Virus record (IMG/VR): IMGVR_UViG_3300035182_001152
Reading direction: 5' to 3' (one strand)
DNA from: a virus
Taxonomy: Duplodnaviria; Caudoviricetes
DNA: 64,000 nucleotides
Shown: positions 28,414 through 37,821 of the stretch, one piece after another
Position numbering within the stretch: position 1 is the stretch's first letter
Layout of the letters: every line of letters starts with the position of its first letter
Notes under the pieces: generated by a model
Database searches by the model: none
The model's input: only the letters and a program-made list of their open reading frames with translations
Told to the model about the DNA's origin: nothing
Made by a program: the position numbers and the translations under genes

Positions 28414-29222
28414 TTGACGAAGAACAACTGACAGAAGAGCAGATTGACGCTCGTATTGCCGAGAAGAAGGCGGAATCAAAGCCGCGAGGCCGTCCCAAGA
28501 ACGCAAGTTACCTTCCGTGGGAAGAAGCTCGCGAATTCGTTCGTGGAGAAATGTTGCCGTCGCGCGGCAAGTACTTTGAATGGTGGGACCGCAATAAGCC
28601 AAAGACAATCCCCCGCTTCCCATACCGCGTATACACTGGTGAGAACGAATGGGTTTCGTGGAACGATTTTCTCGGCACGAACAACAAGTTCAACGACAAG
28701 GTTGGGACGAAGTGGCGACCATTCTTGGAAGCAACTGGATGGGCTCTCAAACTCAACCTGAAGTCTCAAGGCGAGTGGATGGAATACTGTAGGATTGAGG
28801 ACCAGCTACCAAAGGACATTCCTGCCCGCCCCGACCTCGTCTATGACGAATGGCGTAGCTGGGGACATTGGCTTGGTAACCGCCCCGTTGAAGCAATTCA
28901 AGCTAAGCAGGAAGTTGCACAAAAAGTTCAAGTGTTCTACATTATCCACGATCCGGAACATGCAGCACAAAACATTCTACGCTTTGGTGTTGATCCGGCA
29001 GGCCTGACGTCTATGAAGGCTCGCTGGGAAGACCAACAGTTTACAATCGTTAAACTGTTCTGGTATGATCCTGCGAAGAGTGCGATTATCAATCAGATCG
29101 TCGAAACCTTCTCACGACCATACCAGGGAAATACCAGCGAGCGCATCGTTCCCAATGTGTGGGAAATTGTGTACCATCTTCAGATGCATCTGGACCAGAT
29201 TACATCCAAAGACGTACAGTGA
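28410..29222 (+). CDS. integrase-repeat-unit (Trp-rich repeat) protein
   Basis: Two repeats: WEEAREFV..IP..PY.VY..WVSWNDFLG and FLEATGWA..IP..PD.VY.EW.SWGHWLG. Confidence 0.6.
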   Translation: MIDEEQLTEEQIDARIAEKKAESKPRGRPKNASYLPWEEAREFVRGEMLPSRGKYFEWWDRNKPKTIPRFPYRVYTGENEWVSWNDFLGTNNKFNDKVGTKWRPFLEATGWALKLNLKSQGEWMEYCRIEDQLPKDIPARPDLVYDEWRSWGHWLGNRPVEAIQAKQEVAQKVQVFYIIHDPEHAAQNILRFGVDPAGLTSMKARWEDQQFTIVKLFWYDPAKSAIINQIVETFSRPYQGNTSERIVPNVWEIVYHLQMHLDQITSKDVQ

Positions 29223-29657
29223 TTACACGGGTAGGATTAGGTCAGCAACTTCACTGATGCTGAACTGAAGTTGCTCACCAAAGTATACGATCCCGTCAGC
29301 GTCGCCCAACTGAGCTAGCGCTGATTGGACCATATCGAGAGCGCGAAACATCATCATGTCATCCGTTGTTGATGACACGTTAATGCAAACATCGATATCA
29401 TCGCCCTTAATCTCAACAAACTCGCGGACGAACGTTTTCTGAGAAGAGATTAGGCTGAGGGCTGCTGCTTTGATTGCCTCCTCCGACAATTCAATTCCTA
29501 CCTCCGTTAGGTAGTTTGCAGCAACTTCATATGCGTGGGCAACAAACTCGCTTCGTGCTGTAATGACGCGCACATCTTCAAATGGATCATTTGTTGATGC
29601 TGCAGCAAATACAACTTCCGGCCAACTGATCGGGGCGTCAGACAATAACCGCGTCAT
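29223..29657 (-). CDS. hypothetical protein
   Basis: Start adjusted to MTRLLSD. Confidence 0.6.
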   Translation of the reverse strand: MTRLLSDAPISWPEVVFAAASTNDPFEDVRVITARSEFVAHAYEVAANYLTEVGIELSEEAIKAAALSLISSQKTFVREFVEIKGDDIDVCINVSSTTDDMMMFRALDMVQSALAQLGDADGIVYFGEQLQFSISEVADLILPV

Positions 29658-29985
29658 CAACTGCACCTTGAATCGTGGGGACTGAGTACTTTGTTGGAGC
29701 ACTGAAGGATGTGTCGACTGTCACTTCCTCTGCCGGCATTTGAAGGGCGCGCTTTTGCGCCTCGAGGCTCTGCATCGTGCCAACCAACTGAAGGACTTCC
29801 TTGCTGACGTCCTTGAACTTCTTACTGAAGTACTTCTTCTTGGTTTGCGTCTTTGAGCCGTCAATGGCCTTGCGATATTGAGAGGCTAGACCTACTAGGA
29901 TCTGGAGTCTCTGTTCAACAACGCCGTGCCAATGATCGAGGCGATCGTCACGTGCAGCGTTGCTGATTTCTGAATTGCGGTTCAT
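29638..29985 (-). CDS. hypothetical protein
   Basis: AGGAG RBS before ATG 29985. Confidence 0.65.
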   Translation of the reverse strand: MNRNSEISNAARDDRLDHWHGVVEQRLQILVGLASQYRKAIDGSKTQTKKKYFSKKFKDVSKEVLQLVGTMQSLEAQKRALQMPAEEVTVDTSFSAPTKYSVPTIQGAVDDAVIV

Positions 29986-30058
29986 AACGTCTCCTGTTGT
30001 TATTGGAGACAATATACAGGAAGACCCACTAAACTTCAACAATCTAGTGGGTCTTGGA

Positions 30059-30691
30059 TCAGTTTGGAAGGCCGCGAATCAAGATCATCTCAGCGTTGCC
30101 AGCTGACCAGATTTCGTATGTTTGAGATCCGTCTGGTGACGCTGTCTTGTTGGGCGGAATGTCAGTCCCTGCAAGGATTGCCTTTTTGACGTTCAGCTCA
30201 TCACGGAGCGTTGAAACGTTGTACACCCACAGCTCCTCAAATGTGCCGTCTTCGGTGTTGCGTTTGTACACCAAGTGTGCGTCTTTGACAGTGCGGATTA
30301 GACCCTGACGATCGGGATCTTCAGTAGCATCACCCGCTAATCCGTCTAGCTCCGGGTGCTCATCCTCACCTTCTGCTTGGTCGTTAGCCTCAGGCTCTCC
30401 CAGGTCATATTCTTCATCAGATGGGCCGTCGCTAGGTGTCCCGACAACACCTCCACCAGAGCCTCCTGCGGGAGGTGTGAACGGGGCACCTTCATCGGGA
30501 GGGCCCATCTCACCAGCAGGCAGCTCATCGTCCTCCGGCTCGCCCAGAGTGGTGTCGTATTCGAAGTCGTCCGAAGGTTCGCTGTCTGTCGGTTCTTCTG
30601 AGCTGAGATCCAGCTCGTCATCGCCCGTAGGTTGATCCTCAGGCTCGACGAGCCTACGAACACCCTTCAGCACTTCTCGCAAAAATTCCAT
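30059..30691 (-). CDS. acidic late protein
   Basis: CATAAATA promoter; acidic N-half, globular C-half RQGLIRTVKDAHLVYKR. Confidence 0.7.
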   Translation of the reverse strand: MEFLREVLKGVRRLVEPEDQPTGDDELDLSSEEPTDSEPSDDFEYDTTLGEPEDDELPAGEMGPPDEGAPFTPPAGGSGGGVVGTPSDGPSDEEYDLGEPEANDQAEGEDEHPELDGLAGDATEDPDRQGLIRTVKDAHLVYKRNTEDGTFEELWVYNVSTLRDELNVKKAILAGTDIPPNKTASPDGSQTYEIWSAGNAEMILIRGLPN

Positions 30692-30726
30692 AACAACCCC
30701 TCATGATTAGTGAGGGGTATTTATGT

Positions 30727-31794
30727 TTAGCAGAAATGATGACGGCCAAACATCTTGACCCAGATGTGCTTTGACTTCTCGACGTATGCCTTCAGAGAGA
30801 GTTCATTCATGAACACATTCCAGCGCTTGAAGCGCCATGCCCACAGCATTGCTTTAGCGATGTCCTCTGAGCCAGTTGGATCACAAATGCCAGCCTTTGC
30901 CCACGGAACTTCACGCGACATTACCATTGGGACGCCGCACATAATCATGTCAGCAGCGACAATGTTGAACGTTTCAGAGAAGCTGACTTGCATGCCAAGG
31001 TCCATGTCCTTGATGATCTCAATGAACTTGTCATGTGGCGTCCATTGGTGACATACCAACTCGTGGCCTTCATCGGCGAGACCGGCAAATAGGCCCTGCA
31101 GATTGTGCAGAATTGGATCACCCTTACCCTCAATGCGGCCGATGTTGATGTGGAATCGCAGCTTTTTGCCAATTTCCTCTGCAAACTTCAGGGCAGCGAT
31201 TGCCTGCACAAGGTGATTCTTTAGAGGACGGATGGCACCAAAGCACGAAACGTCAACATACTCACCGTGATCGTGCTTACGGGGAGCGTGGCACCTATCA
31301 ACAGGGTAGTAGTTTGGCATGTAGCGAATGCGATCTTCAATCTCATCTTCGCTGTAACCAGCAGCGGACATCACGTCTTCCAGCTCGCGCATAAAGCGTG
31401 GAGCATTGACGCCAAACTTAACGGTTGGATACTTCAGATAACCAAAGAACCAACGCATTGCAATTCCTTCCATTGCAATGAAAGGGGCTTCACTGTGGAA
31501 ACGAACGATCCACTGCACTTTTGGGTGCAACTTGGACAGCACTTCAAACTTCTCCGGAACAACCCAGAGAGCTTCGATAATCACGTGTGTTGGCTTGTAT
31601 GCAGTAACTTCGCGGTCGATGCAATTATTGTCAACAACCACTACAACTTTCGCTTCAATGCCAGCGTCAACTAGCATGTCACAAACGAAAGTGGCTGAAT
31701 TTAGCAAGCCGGTCGAAATTCCGTGCTCACTGTATGATGGATCCTGGCAGTAATCTTCCCGACGCTTGAGGATAAAAAGGACGCGCGTTGTCAT
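30727..31794 (-). CDS. GT-B glycosyltransferase
   Basis: FGAIRPLKNHLVQ, SFSETFNIVAAD. Confidence 0.75.
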   Translation of the reverse strand: MTTRVLFILKRREDYCQDPSYSEHGISTGLLNSATFVCDMLVDAGIEAKVVVVVDNNCIDREVTAYKPTHVIIEALWVVPEKFEVLSKLHPKVQWIVRFHSEAPFIAMEGIAMRWFFGYLKYPTVKFGVNAPRFMRELEDVMSAAGYSEDEIEDRIRYMPNYYPVDRCHAPRKHDHGEYVDVSCFGAIRPLKNHLVQAIAALKFAEEIGKKLRFHINIGRIEGKGDPILHNLQGLFAGLADEGHELVCHQWTPHDKFIEIIKDMDLGMQVSFSETFNIVAADMIMCGVPMVMSREVPWAKAGICDPTGSEDIAKAMLWAWRFKRWNVFMNELSLKAYVEKSKHIWVKMFGRHHFC

Positions 31795-31847
31795 ATAAAT
31801 CTCCGTGTGATGAGGCCCATACGTATTTACAATTGAGACAATGCACA

Positions 31848-31883
31848 CACGAGAAGAGCGGCAACGTTGCCGCTCTTCTCGTG
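31848..31883. repeat. perfect 36-bp palindrome
   Basis: CACGAGAAGAGCGGCAAC/GTTGCCGCTCTTCTCGTG. Confidence 0.95.
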
Positions 31884-32149
31884 GTTTTGTTCGCTGTGAA
31901 CTTCAATTTTCGTCGTCAGACACCCCACCAACCCTTGAAGGTTGGTAGACGTGGACGTATTGATCGTGACTTGTGCCCGGTTCAACGAACCGTGGTTGGT
32001 GTTCGGTCGTGGTGTTGAAATGCTGATCCGCTTCGGACCATGATTGAAAATCGTCACCTTTGTAGTCATTCTTTTCTCTTCTAGATAGCGTACCAATGAT
32101 GAAGACATTCGTCAATTAACTATAAATAGAACGAAGAGGAATTTCACTA

Positions 32150-32884
32150 ATGACACAGTACTACACCTATGTTCTAACCAATTCTCTAGATGGTCAACCG
32201 TTTTATGTGGGTGAGGGCTCCGGAAGTCGGATGTACCAGCACTTACGTGAAGCTGAACGGCAAGACACAACCAAACGTAGCGTCCACTACAAAATTCTCA
32301 GCCTTAAAGAGAAGGGCGGCCACGTCATCTACGCGAAGGTGGAGTGGGAAACAGAGCAGCAAGCATTTGACGAGGAGAAGCGCCTAATTGCATTGCATGG
32401 TCGTAAGGATCTCGGAACCGGACCACTGTGCAACCTAACTGACGGCGGTGAAGGCGCTCAACGTAGTCGGGAAAGTGTTGAGCGAACAGCCGCTGCACAT
32501 CGCGGCATGAAACGATCAACAGAAACAAAATTGCGGATGAAGGAAGCGCAACTCCAGGTAGCTGCAAAGTGCCGTGAACAGTGGGGGATCGGAAAAAGTC
32601 CAGAGTCTGAGCAGAAGCGCGTGGCTAAACGCAAAGATGTTCCGTGGAGCGAGAATGCAAGGAATGTAAAGCGAGAAAAGCCTACGGCCATCCCGGTACA
32701 GGCATTCAAAAAGGATACAGGCGAATTAGTCGGTGAATGGGAATCTATGGCTCTGTGCGCCAAGGAGTTGAATTGCGACCTAGCTGCCATATGGAAGATT
32801 TTGTCAGGATTTATGTCGAAAGCACCCGACGGTACGATGCGTCCGTATAAATCCCACAAAGGCTACACCTTTAGGTACAAATAA
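32150..32884 (+). CDS. GIY-YIG (Seg-like) homing endonuclease
   Basis: YYTYVL..PFYVGEG..RMYQH, E..LI..GR..LCNLTDGGEG; NUMOD-type C-terminus; own TATAAATA at 32121. Confidence 0.85.
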   Translation: MTQYYTYVLTNSLDGQPFYVGEGSGSRMYQHLREAERQDTTKRSVHYKILSLKEKGGHVIYAKVEWETEQQAFDEEKRLIALHGRKDLGTGPLCNLTDGGEGAQRSRESVERTAAAHRGMKRSTETKLRMKEAQLQVAAKCREQWGIGKSPESEQKRVAKRKDVPWSENARNVKREKPTAIPVQAFKKDTGELVGEWESMALCAKELNCDLAAIWKILSGFMSKAPDGTMRPYKSHKGYTFRYK

Positions 32885-32912
32885 AAAGAGGACCGTTAGG
32901 TCCTCTTTTTAT
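32881..32912. terminator. bidirectional intrinsic terminator
   Basis: ATAAAAAGAGGACC-GTTA-GGTCCTCTTTTTAT between convergent genes. Confidence 0.9.
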
Positions 32913-33979
32913 TAGCGTAGTCCGCCTGGTATTCCTTTGGATACTACCGCGGTCGCACTCCAGGGATGGAGGCTCTCGAGGTGCTCCGTCACGATCGAGA
33001 AGTCGCTGATCTTACCCTCGTCGTATATTGCGTCAAGGCCTTGGTACATTAGACGCGATGCATCTTCTGTGAACAGAAGATTGGAACCATTCAGTTCAGC
33101 GAACGCCTGCTCATCACGACGCTTGCAAATGATCACAACTTCCGTGGGGATTTGCTTGCGAGCCATCTCAATGATGTCTTCAATGTACACAATGTGCTTT
33201 TCTGGATTGAACTGCACGGTGATCTTTGCAATCGAACGTTGACTGTGGCCATTCGCCGCTTGACCACGCTTGAGTGTTGCGTCTTGTGCAAGCTCAAACG
33301 AGCACGGGCATGTTGATGAGTACACGTAGTTGACTGTCAGGAAGAACGTATACACGCCGCTGTGAGATTGCGCTTCCAAAACGCAGTCATAGAAGATGTG
33401 ACCGATTGCCTTTTTGTGACTGAGATACACGCCTTCTACTTCCTTGAAGAAGTCAGGGCTTGCCTTCAGAGCTTCAACGCTACCGAAGTCTTCCACCTTC
33501 AGGTCTTGGCGGGTACGGAGAGCCTCCTGTGTCCACGGATACTTGAACCGCAGCTTACAGTAGGTGCTGTTGCTGCCCTGCTTAGCCTGCAGCTTGTTCA
33601 GCACGCCCTTGAGGCCATCAATCGATAGGTGGCCGGCAATTTCCTCGTGCATGACAATTGGGAATCGCGACAGGTTCAGACCCTTTGCGTTCGGGTTGTC
33701 AAGTGAACCATACAGTGATGCCTCGGCTTGCAGCTCTTGAACTGTGCCATCGCGGCGCAGGAACTTGATCGGGAGATGTACGCCATTCACACCAACCTTG
33801 TCCAATTGAACGCGGAGGCCCGGAATGAACGGATCGATCTGTGGATCGGGTAGGTCAGCATCCTCAGGATAGTAGTCCGCATCGTACTGAAACTTCAGAT
33901 GCGGCATGTGCTGTGTGTAGTCGTTGAAGCGGAACCGACGACCACGCACGACGTTCCCTAGATATTGTTCTTGTGACAT
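32912..33979 (-). CDS. folE2: GTP cyclohydrolase IB
   Basis: DLPDPQ, LDKVGV, KGLNLSRF, SSTCPCS, HSQRS, KRRDEQAF, LFTEDASR, ESLHPW. Confidence 0.9.
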   Translation of the reverse strand: MSQEQYLGNVVRGRRFRFNDYTQHMPHLKFQYDADYYPEDADLPDPQIDPFIPGLRVQLDKVGVNGVHLPIKFLRRDGTVQELQAEASLYGSLDNPNAKGLNLSRFPIVMHEEIAGHLSIDGLKGVLNKLQAKQGSNSTYCKLRFKYPWTQEALRTRQDLKVEDFGSVEALKASPDFFKEVEGVYLSHKKAIGHIFYDCVLEAQSHSGVYTFFLTVNYVYSSTCPCSFELAQDATLKRGQAANGHSQRSIAKITVQFNPEKHIVYIEDIIEMARKQIPTEVVIICKRRDEQAFAELNGSNLLFTEDASRLMYQGLDAIYDEGKISDFSIVTEHLESLHPWSATAVVSKGIPGGLR

Positions 33980-33990
33980 TAGTTCTCCTG

Positions 33991-34551
33991 TTATTGGTTA
34001 TTGACGGTGTACGTCACAGCGCTGACACGCACTTGGAGGTCAGCCCCGTCAATTACGACCCACTTGTCGTTTGTGGTCATTACTGTTGTGTATTGACGCA
34101 TGCATGCGTCAACCATCCAGCTGTAGTGTTTGTTAATTGCCCGGACGCCATCATCAACCGGCTGAAAGTGGCCAGCTGTCAGATAGAACACGTGATCATA
34201 CGTCCGTTGTGCCTCTGCACAACGGTGATAGTACTCATCCAGCCAGTTACTGTATTCGTTATCCTTGCCAATTGCAACGAGAGCGTATACAAACAGGTCT
34301 GCGTAAGTGCGTTCCGTGACGTACACTTCTGAGCTGTTAACAGCGTCCCGTTCGTCTTCAATCTTGCGCTTCAGCACTTCTTCTTGAAAGCGGATTGTCA
34401 GCGGCCGATCGTTGTTCACTTGTGAGAGTGTCACCCCCCAATCTGACAGAATTGATCGCGACGTTTTGCGCGTGATTGACTTGTACGGGAGTGCGTTGAT
34501 CAGGGTCGACTTCCCAGTGCCCTGACTACCACTTACAGCGATTAGAGACAT
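33991..34551 (-). CDS. P-loop nucleotide kinase/AAA_28-like ATPase
   Basis: GSQGTGKSTL, ERTYAD, DDGVR. Confidence 0.75.
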   Translation of the reverse strand: MSLIAVSGSQGTGKSTLINALPYKSITRKTSRSILSDWGVTLSQVNNDRPLTIRFQEEVLKRKIEDERDAVNSSEVYVTERTYADLFVYALVAIGKDNEYSNWLDEYYHRCAEAQRTYDHVFYLTAGHFQPVDDGVRAINKHYSWMVDACMRQYTTVMTTNDKWVVIDGADLQVRVSAVTYTVNNQ

Positions 34552-34584
34552 GTAGTGCGTCTTTCTTATTGTAGATGTTTATAT

Positions 34585-34614
34585 ATGGTAGCACCGGTTT
34601 CGATGACCTGTCAA
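34585..34614 (-). promoter_or_regulatory. sigma70-like promoter
   Basis: TTGACA-18 nt-TACCAT upstream of the kinase gene. Confidence 0.6.
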
Positions 34615-34622
34615 CGGAAACG

Positions 34623-34650
34623 AAAAAGGACCCTCCAGGGTCCTTTTTTT
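34623..34650. terminator. intrinsic terminator
   Basis: AAAAAGGACCC-TCCA-GGGTCCTTTTTTT. Confidence 0.85.
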
Positions 34651-34869
34651 GAGAGGTGGGAGGTGATAGTCAACAGGGATGATTGGTGTACAACGTACAA
34701 CCTTCAATCCAACAAGTAGAGGTCTTTGGCTGTTGACGTATCCAACAATTGTGACAAACATCTAATACTAACGTCAACACACAATTTGACCGATGTCCGT
34801 TGCTTAGCGTTTGTGGCACTAAACGAGTAGTCAATCATGTATTGTCCAGAGCACCTCACCACACAATTC

Positions 34870-35466
34870 TTATGCAACGATCCCTTCGTTGCGGAGGATC
34901 TCAACAACATCATCACTCAGGCGGATCATGTTGTTGAGATCGGAGTTTGCGGCAGTCAGCTGTTCCTCGATCGACTCGATGTTCAGCTGGGCTTCTTTGA
35001 TCGCCTTCTCGGTGGTGGCTACCGTTTCTGCGTCGAGCAGTTTGACGGTGACCGTGCCAGACAGGTAACCAATTTGGCCGGATGAACGGCTGGCGCGAGC
35101 CTGTGCAACGATTGCAGCGGGGCTGAGGTCGTTGTGACTGCGACCTGCCGCTGCCGACGCGATTGCGCGCAACTGGGCTGCGATGTCAAGAGCCAACTTT
35201 CGCTGGGCGACGAGCTCATCAACGGTTTCGCGGTTGGCGACGCTGATCTGCTCACGGATCTCGTAGCGAACAGTAGCCAACAGACCTCGACGTTGGATTT
35301 GCTGGCTGAGCTTGTTCCGTAGAACATCCAACAGTGCAGCAACTTCTTGTTCAGTCTCAGGGACTTCCCACACGCTGAGGGCGGCGGTTGCATCAACTGA
35401 CACATCACTGAGGGCTGCGTTTAGCTTTTCAACAATCTTGTGTGCTTGGCGGAGTGTGAATTGCAT
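34870..35466 (-). CDS. coiled-coil hypothetical protein
   Basis: 198 aa, helical. Confidence 0.7.
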   Translation of the reverse strand: MQFTLRQAHKIVEKLNAALSDVSVDATAALSVWEVPETEQEVAALLDVLRNKLSQQIQRRGLLATVRYEIREQISVANRETVDELVAQRKLALDIAAQLRAIASAAAGRSHNDLSPAAIVAQARASRSSGQIGYLSGTVTVKLLDAETVATTEKAIKEAQLNIESIEEQLTAANSDLNNMIRLSDDVVEILRNEGIVA

Positions 35467-35532
35467 GGTGATTCCTTCAATTTGATGAACGAATCATCCC
35501 TAAACAGGTCAATCAAGTCAACAGTCTCAGGG

Positions 35533-35889
35533 TCAATCGTCTGTGCCAGCAAACCCAACCCCACCAACAACCCCGCCAACGGTCATTTCCGGCTCTTGAA
35601 CTTCCCACTTGATTGCAACTAGAGCTTTGTTGAGGGCTTCATCAACGTCACCGGCAGTGATCGTCATCTCCACGTCATCTAAATCGTCCGCGTCAACAAG
35701 CAGGAAAGAGTTGCCGGCGCCACTGATGGTGCGTGGGATTACTTTGTAGCCGATTTTGTCCAGCGCCTCGATTTTAGCAGCTCGTTCTGACTCCGCAATA
35801 ACGCGGAAGCGGTCGTTGCGATCTGAAGTGCTGATGATGTCGTAGGCTGCGTACGTTTCGGTGACACGTCGAGGAGGGGCTGAGCTCAT
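35533..35889 (-). CDS. hypothetical protein
   Basis: 118 aa, ATGA-coupled. Confidence 0.6.
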   Translation of the reverse strand: MSSAPPRRVTETYAAYDIISTSDRNDRFRVIAESERAAKIEALDKIGYKVIPRTISGAGNSFLLVDADDLDDVEMTITAGDVDEALNKALVAIKWEVQEPEMTVGGVVGGVGFAGTDD

Positions 35890-36371
35890 TTGTTCTTTTC
35901 ACAGGGGAAGGTTTCGTGCAAGGACGCAATCATTACAGCCATTGCAGCGGATTGGTCGGTGACGAATCCCTTCGTCACAACGTTGTAGCGTTCTGTGTGG
36001 GCCAGGGTCCATGTCAGTACAGCATCCAACAGTTGCTGGTCAGTTACACGCTCGTCGACGCACCACAAGGAAATGTTTCCCTTGTTGTTCGGATCTGCAG
36101 AGGCGAGCTGAACGGTCAACGAATGCCCGTCGGACATACCACGAATCTTGCCCATGCAATTTGCAACGGCAATGGGGCCAGACATCTCGTCCAATTTGAG
36201 CACACCAGAGCACTTCTGGAGGAAGTCATTCTGATTACCAACGTACTGCGTGTGGATTGCAGGGACGGGCTTGGACGAATGCGGCCACCACGAGTACAAC
36301 ACCGTAAACGCCAGTGCGGCACAGGCAAACCCTGCGGCAACAGTTGTGGCAATTTGTCGTGCGTTGGACAT
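35886..36371 (-). CDS. exported Rap1a-immunity-like protein
   Basis: N-terminal TM/signal; C..C.G.I.G..D..WC....T..QL...V..W...H.E......A....SL...FPC pattern. Confidence 0.55.
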   Translation of the reverse strand: MSNARQIATTVAAGFACAALAFTVLYSWWPHSSKPVPAIHTQYVGNQNDFLQKCSGVLKLDEMSGPIAVANCMGKIRGMSDGHSLTVQLASADPNNKGNISLWCVDERVTDQQLLDAVLTWTLAHTERYNVVTKGFVTDQSAAMAVMIASLHETFPCEKNK

Positions 36372-36387
36372 GATGGCTCCAGAAAGA

Positions 36388-36464
36388 TGGTCGGGGTGAG
36401 AGGATTCGAACCTTGGACCCTCTGCTCCCAAAGCAGATGCGCTACCAGGCTGCGCTACACCCCG
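36388..36464 (-). tRNA. tRNA-Pro(UGG)
   Basis: 77-nt cloverleaf CGGGGTG..., anticodon arm TCTGC-TTTGGGA-GCAGA, GGTTCGAATCC, encoded CCA. Confidence 0.95.
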
Positions 36465-36500
36465 AATATGTGATCTACTATACTGGATCTTACCGTAAAG

Positions 36501-36908
36501 TCAACAGGCAGTTTTCGTGACTTCAGGCATTTGACCTGGCCTCATGATCATCGTATGGCGCTCACGCGTAGTCTCATTGTTAGAGTCATCGACGAACACC
36601 ACAGTATGGTCGAATCGGAACGCCAAGCCGACGTCAGCTTCGCAGATCGTGTAGATTACGACCTTATCGCCGGGCGAGAAATGGTGGGCGGGAGGACCAT
36701 TCAGCACAATATCACCCGGCTCACCAGGAATCGCATATGTTTCCCAGTGTTTGCCATTGGCCACATTGTTTACGTGGACGAATTCGTACGGCAGGATTCC
36801 TGCTGACGCCATCAGGTTTGGATCAATCGAGATACTGCCGACGTAGTTCAGGTCAGCATCTGTCACCGTAGCTCGGTGAATCTTTGATCGAACAAATGTG
36901 CGCTTCAT
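36501..36908 (-). CDS. panD: aspartate 1-decarboxylase
   Basis: SKIHRATVTDADLNYVGSISID with the G24-S25 self-cleavage site, TYAI, LNGP, GDKVVI. Confidence 0.92.
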   Translation of the reverse strand: MKRTFVRSKIHRATVTDADLNYVGSISIDPNLMASAGILPYEFVHVNNVANGKHWETYAIPGEPGDIVLNGPPAHHFSPGDKVVIYTICEADVGLAFRFDHTVVFVDDSNNETTRERHTMIMRPGQMPEVTKTAC

Positions 36909-37081
36909 TTCGGCCCCGTGCTATTTGTATCTGCCGCCTTTTGTTGAAAGCGCAGCTGGCCAATTTCTGTTGTCAGACTTTTGACGGCATCCTGCAGAAT
37001 CTTCATTTGACCGAGGAGTTGCTCCTGGGTCTTAGTGTTCAGTTCGATGGCGGCCTTCAAGCCGGAGATGTCAGGGAACAT
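36905..37081 (-). CDS. small coiled-coil protein (58 aa)
   Basis: MFPDISGLKAAIELNTKTQEQLLGQMKILQDAVKSL..., overlaps both neighbours. Confidence 0.55.
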   Translation of the reverse strand: MFPDISGLKAAIELNTKTQEQLLGQMKILQDAVKSLTTEIGQLRFQQKAADTNSTGPK

Positions 37082-37344
37082 CATTGTGGGGCGGGATCCG
37101 TGAGACCGTACAGTTCGCGCCGATCAGCATCGGCTGGCCAGTTGGCCACTACATAGTCGCGATATTCGTACCAAAATGGAACGCGGTCGCGAAATGCGTA
37201 TGATGCACGTAGTGTTGGAATTGAAACCTTGATTTCCAGGCGGGCTGGATCATCAATGTAGTACTCCAATGTGAGCGTTCCACACAGACACGCTTCATAT
37301 ACATCGCGTACGGTGCAAAAGATTTCTGTGTGGTTGTCGTTCAT
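37081..37344 (-). CDS. hypothetical protein
   Basis: 87 aa. Confidence 0.55.
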   Translation of the reverse strand: MNDNHTEIFCTVRDVYEACLCGTLTLEYYIDDPARLEIKVSIPTLRASYAFRDRVPFWYEYRDYVVANWPADADRRELYGLTDPAPQ

Positions 37345-37357
37345 TTGGGTGTGTATT

Positions 37358-37740
37358 TGGTATGCTACGGGATTGCACCGTAACCATCGACTTAACGACT
37401 TTCGCTAGTGGTTCATCCGCTTCAGTTACGTGCATTCGCGGAGCTCTATTCGAGTTCTGTAAGAGTTGACGCACAGAGCACGTACTAACTGGCCAACTCT
37501 AAACATTGTGCGCACGGGGACTATCGAAATCGCCTTTCACCGCTTTGCAAGCGGCACCATCACCCTTCTGGCTCGCACGCATTAAAAGCTTGCTGGTATA
37601 CCAGCAACTTGGTTAGCCCGCATCTCGTTTGAGTCGTATCACTTCTTAGCTGTCGAAGGCTTAACGGCGCTGCTATTTGGGTTACCAAGCACGTGACACG
37701 AGATCGCACCATCACGTACGCACACTAAAGTGCGTTAGCT
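37358..37740 (-). ncRNA. candidate structured RNA downstream of tRNA-Ala
   Basis: No ORF; several helices, a possible pseudoknot, and a T-arm-like 3' end. Confidence 0.5.
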
Positions 37741-37745
37741 TTTTG

Positions 37746-37818
37746 TGGAGGATAACGGGATCGAACCGTTGACCTCATGCTTGCAAAGCATGTGCTCTCC
37801 CAGCTGAGCTAATCCCCC
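37746..37818 (-). tRNA. tRNA-Ala(UGC)
   Basis: GGGGGATTAGCTCAGCTGGGAGAGC..CATGC-TTTGCAA-GCATG..GGTTCGATCC; G3-U70 pair; CCA not encoded. Confidence 0.95.
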
Positions 37819-37821
37819 AGG

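Noticed and set aside
36372-36431. N-terminal extension of ORF 35886..36431
   Set aside because: It overlaps tRNA-Pro; the real start is ATG 36371 after a GGAG RBS
37381-37560. Resemblance of the ncRNA candidate to RNase P (ACAGAAC, GTGAAAG) or group II intron domain V (GAACC..GAAA..GGTT)
   Set aside because: No GAGGAAAGUCC/P4 pairing, wrong motif order, and the domain V tetraloop position and triad do not fit
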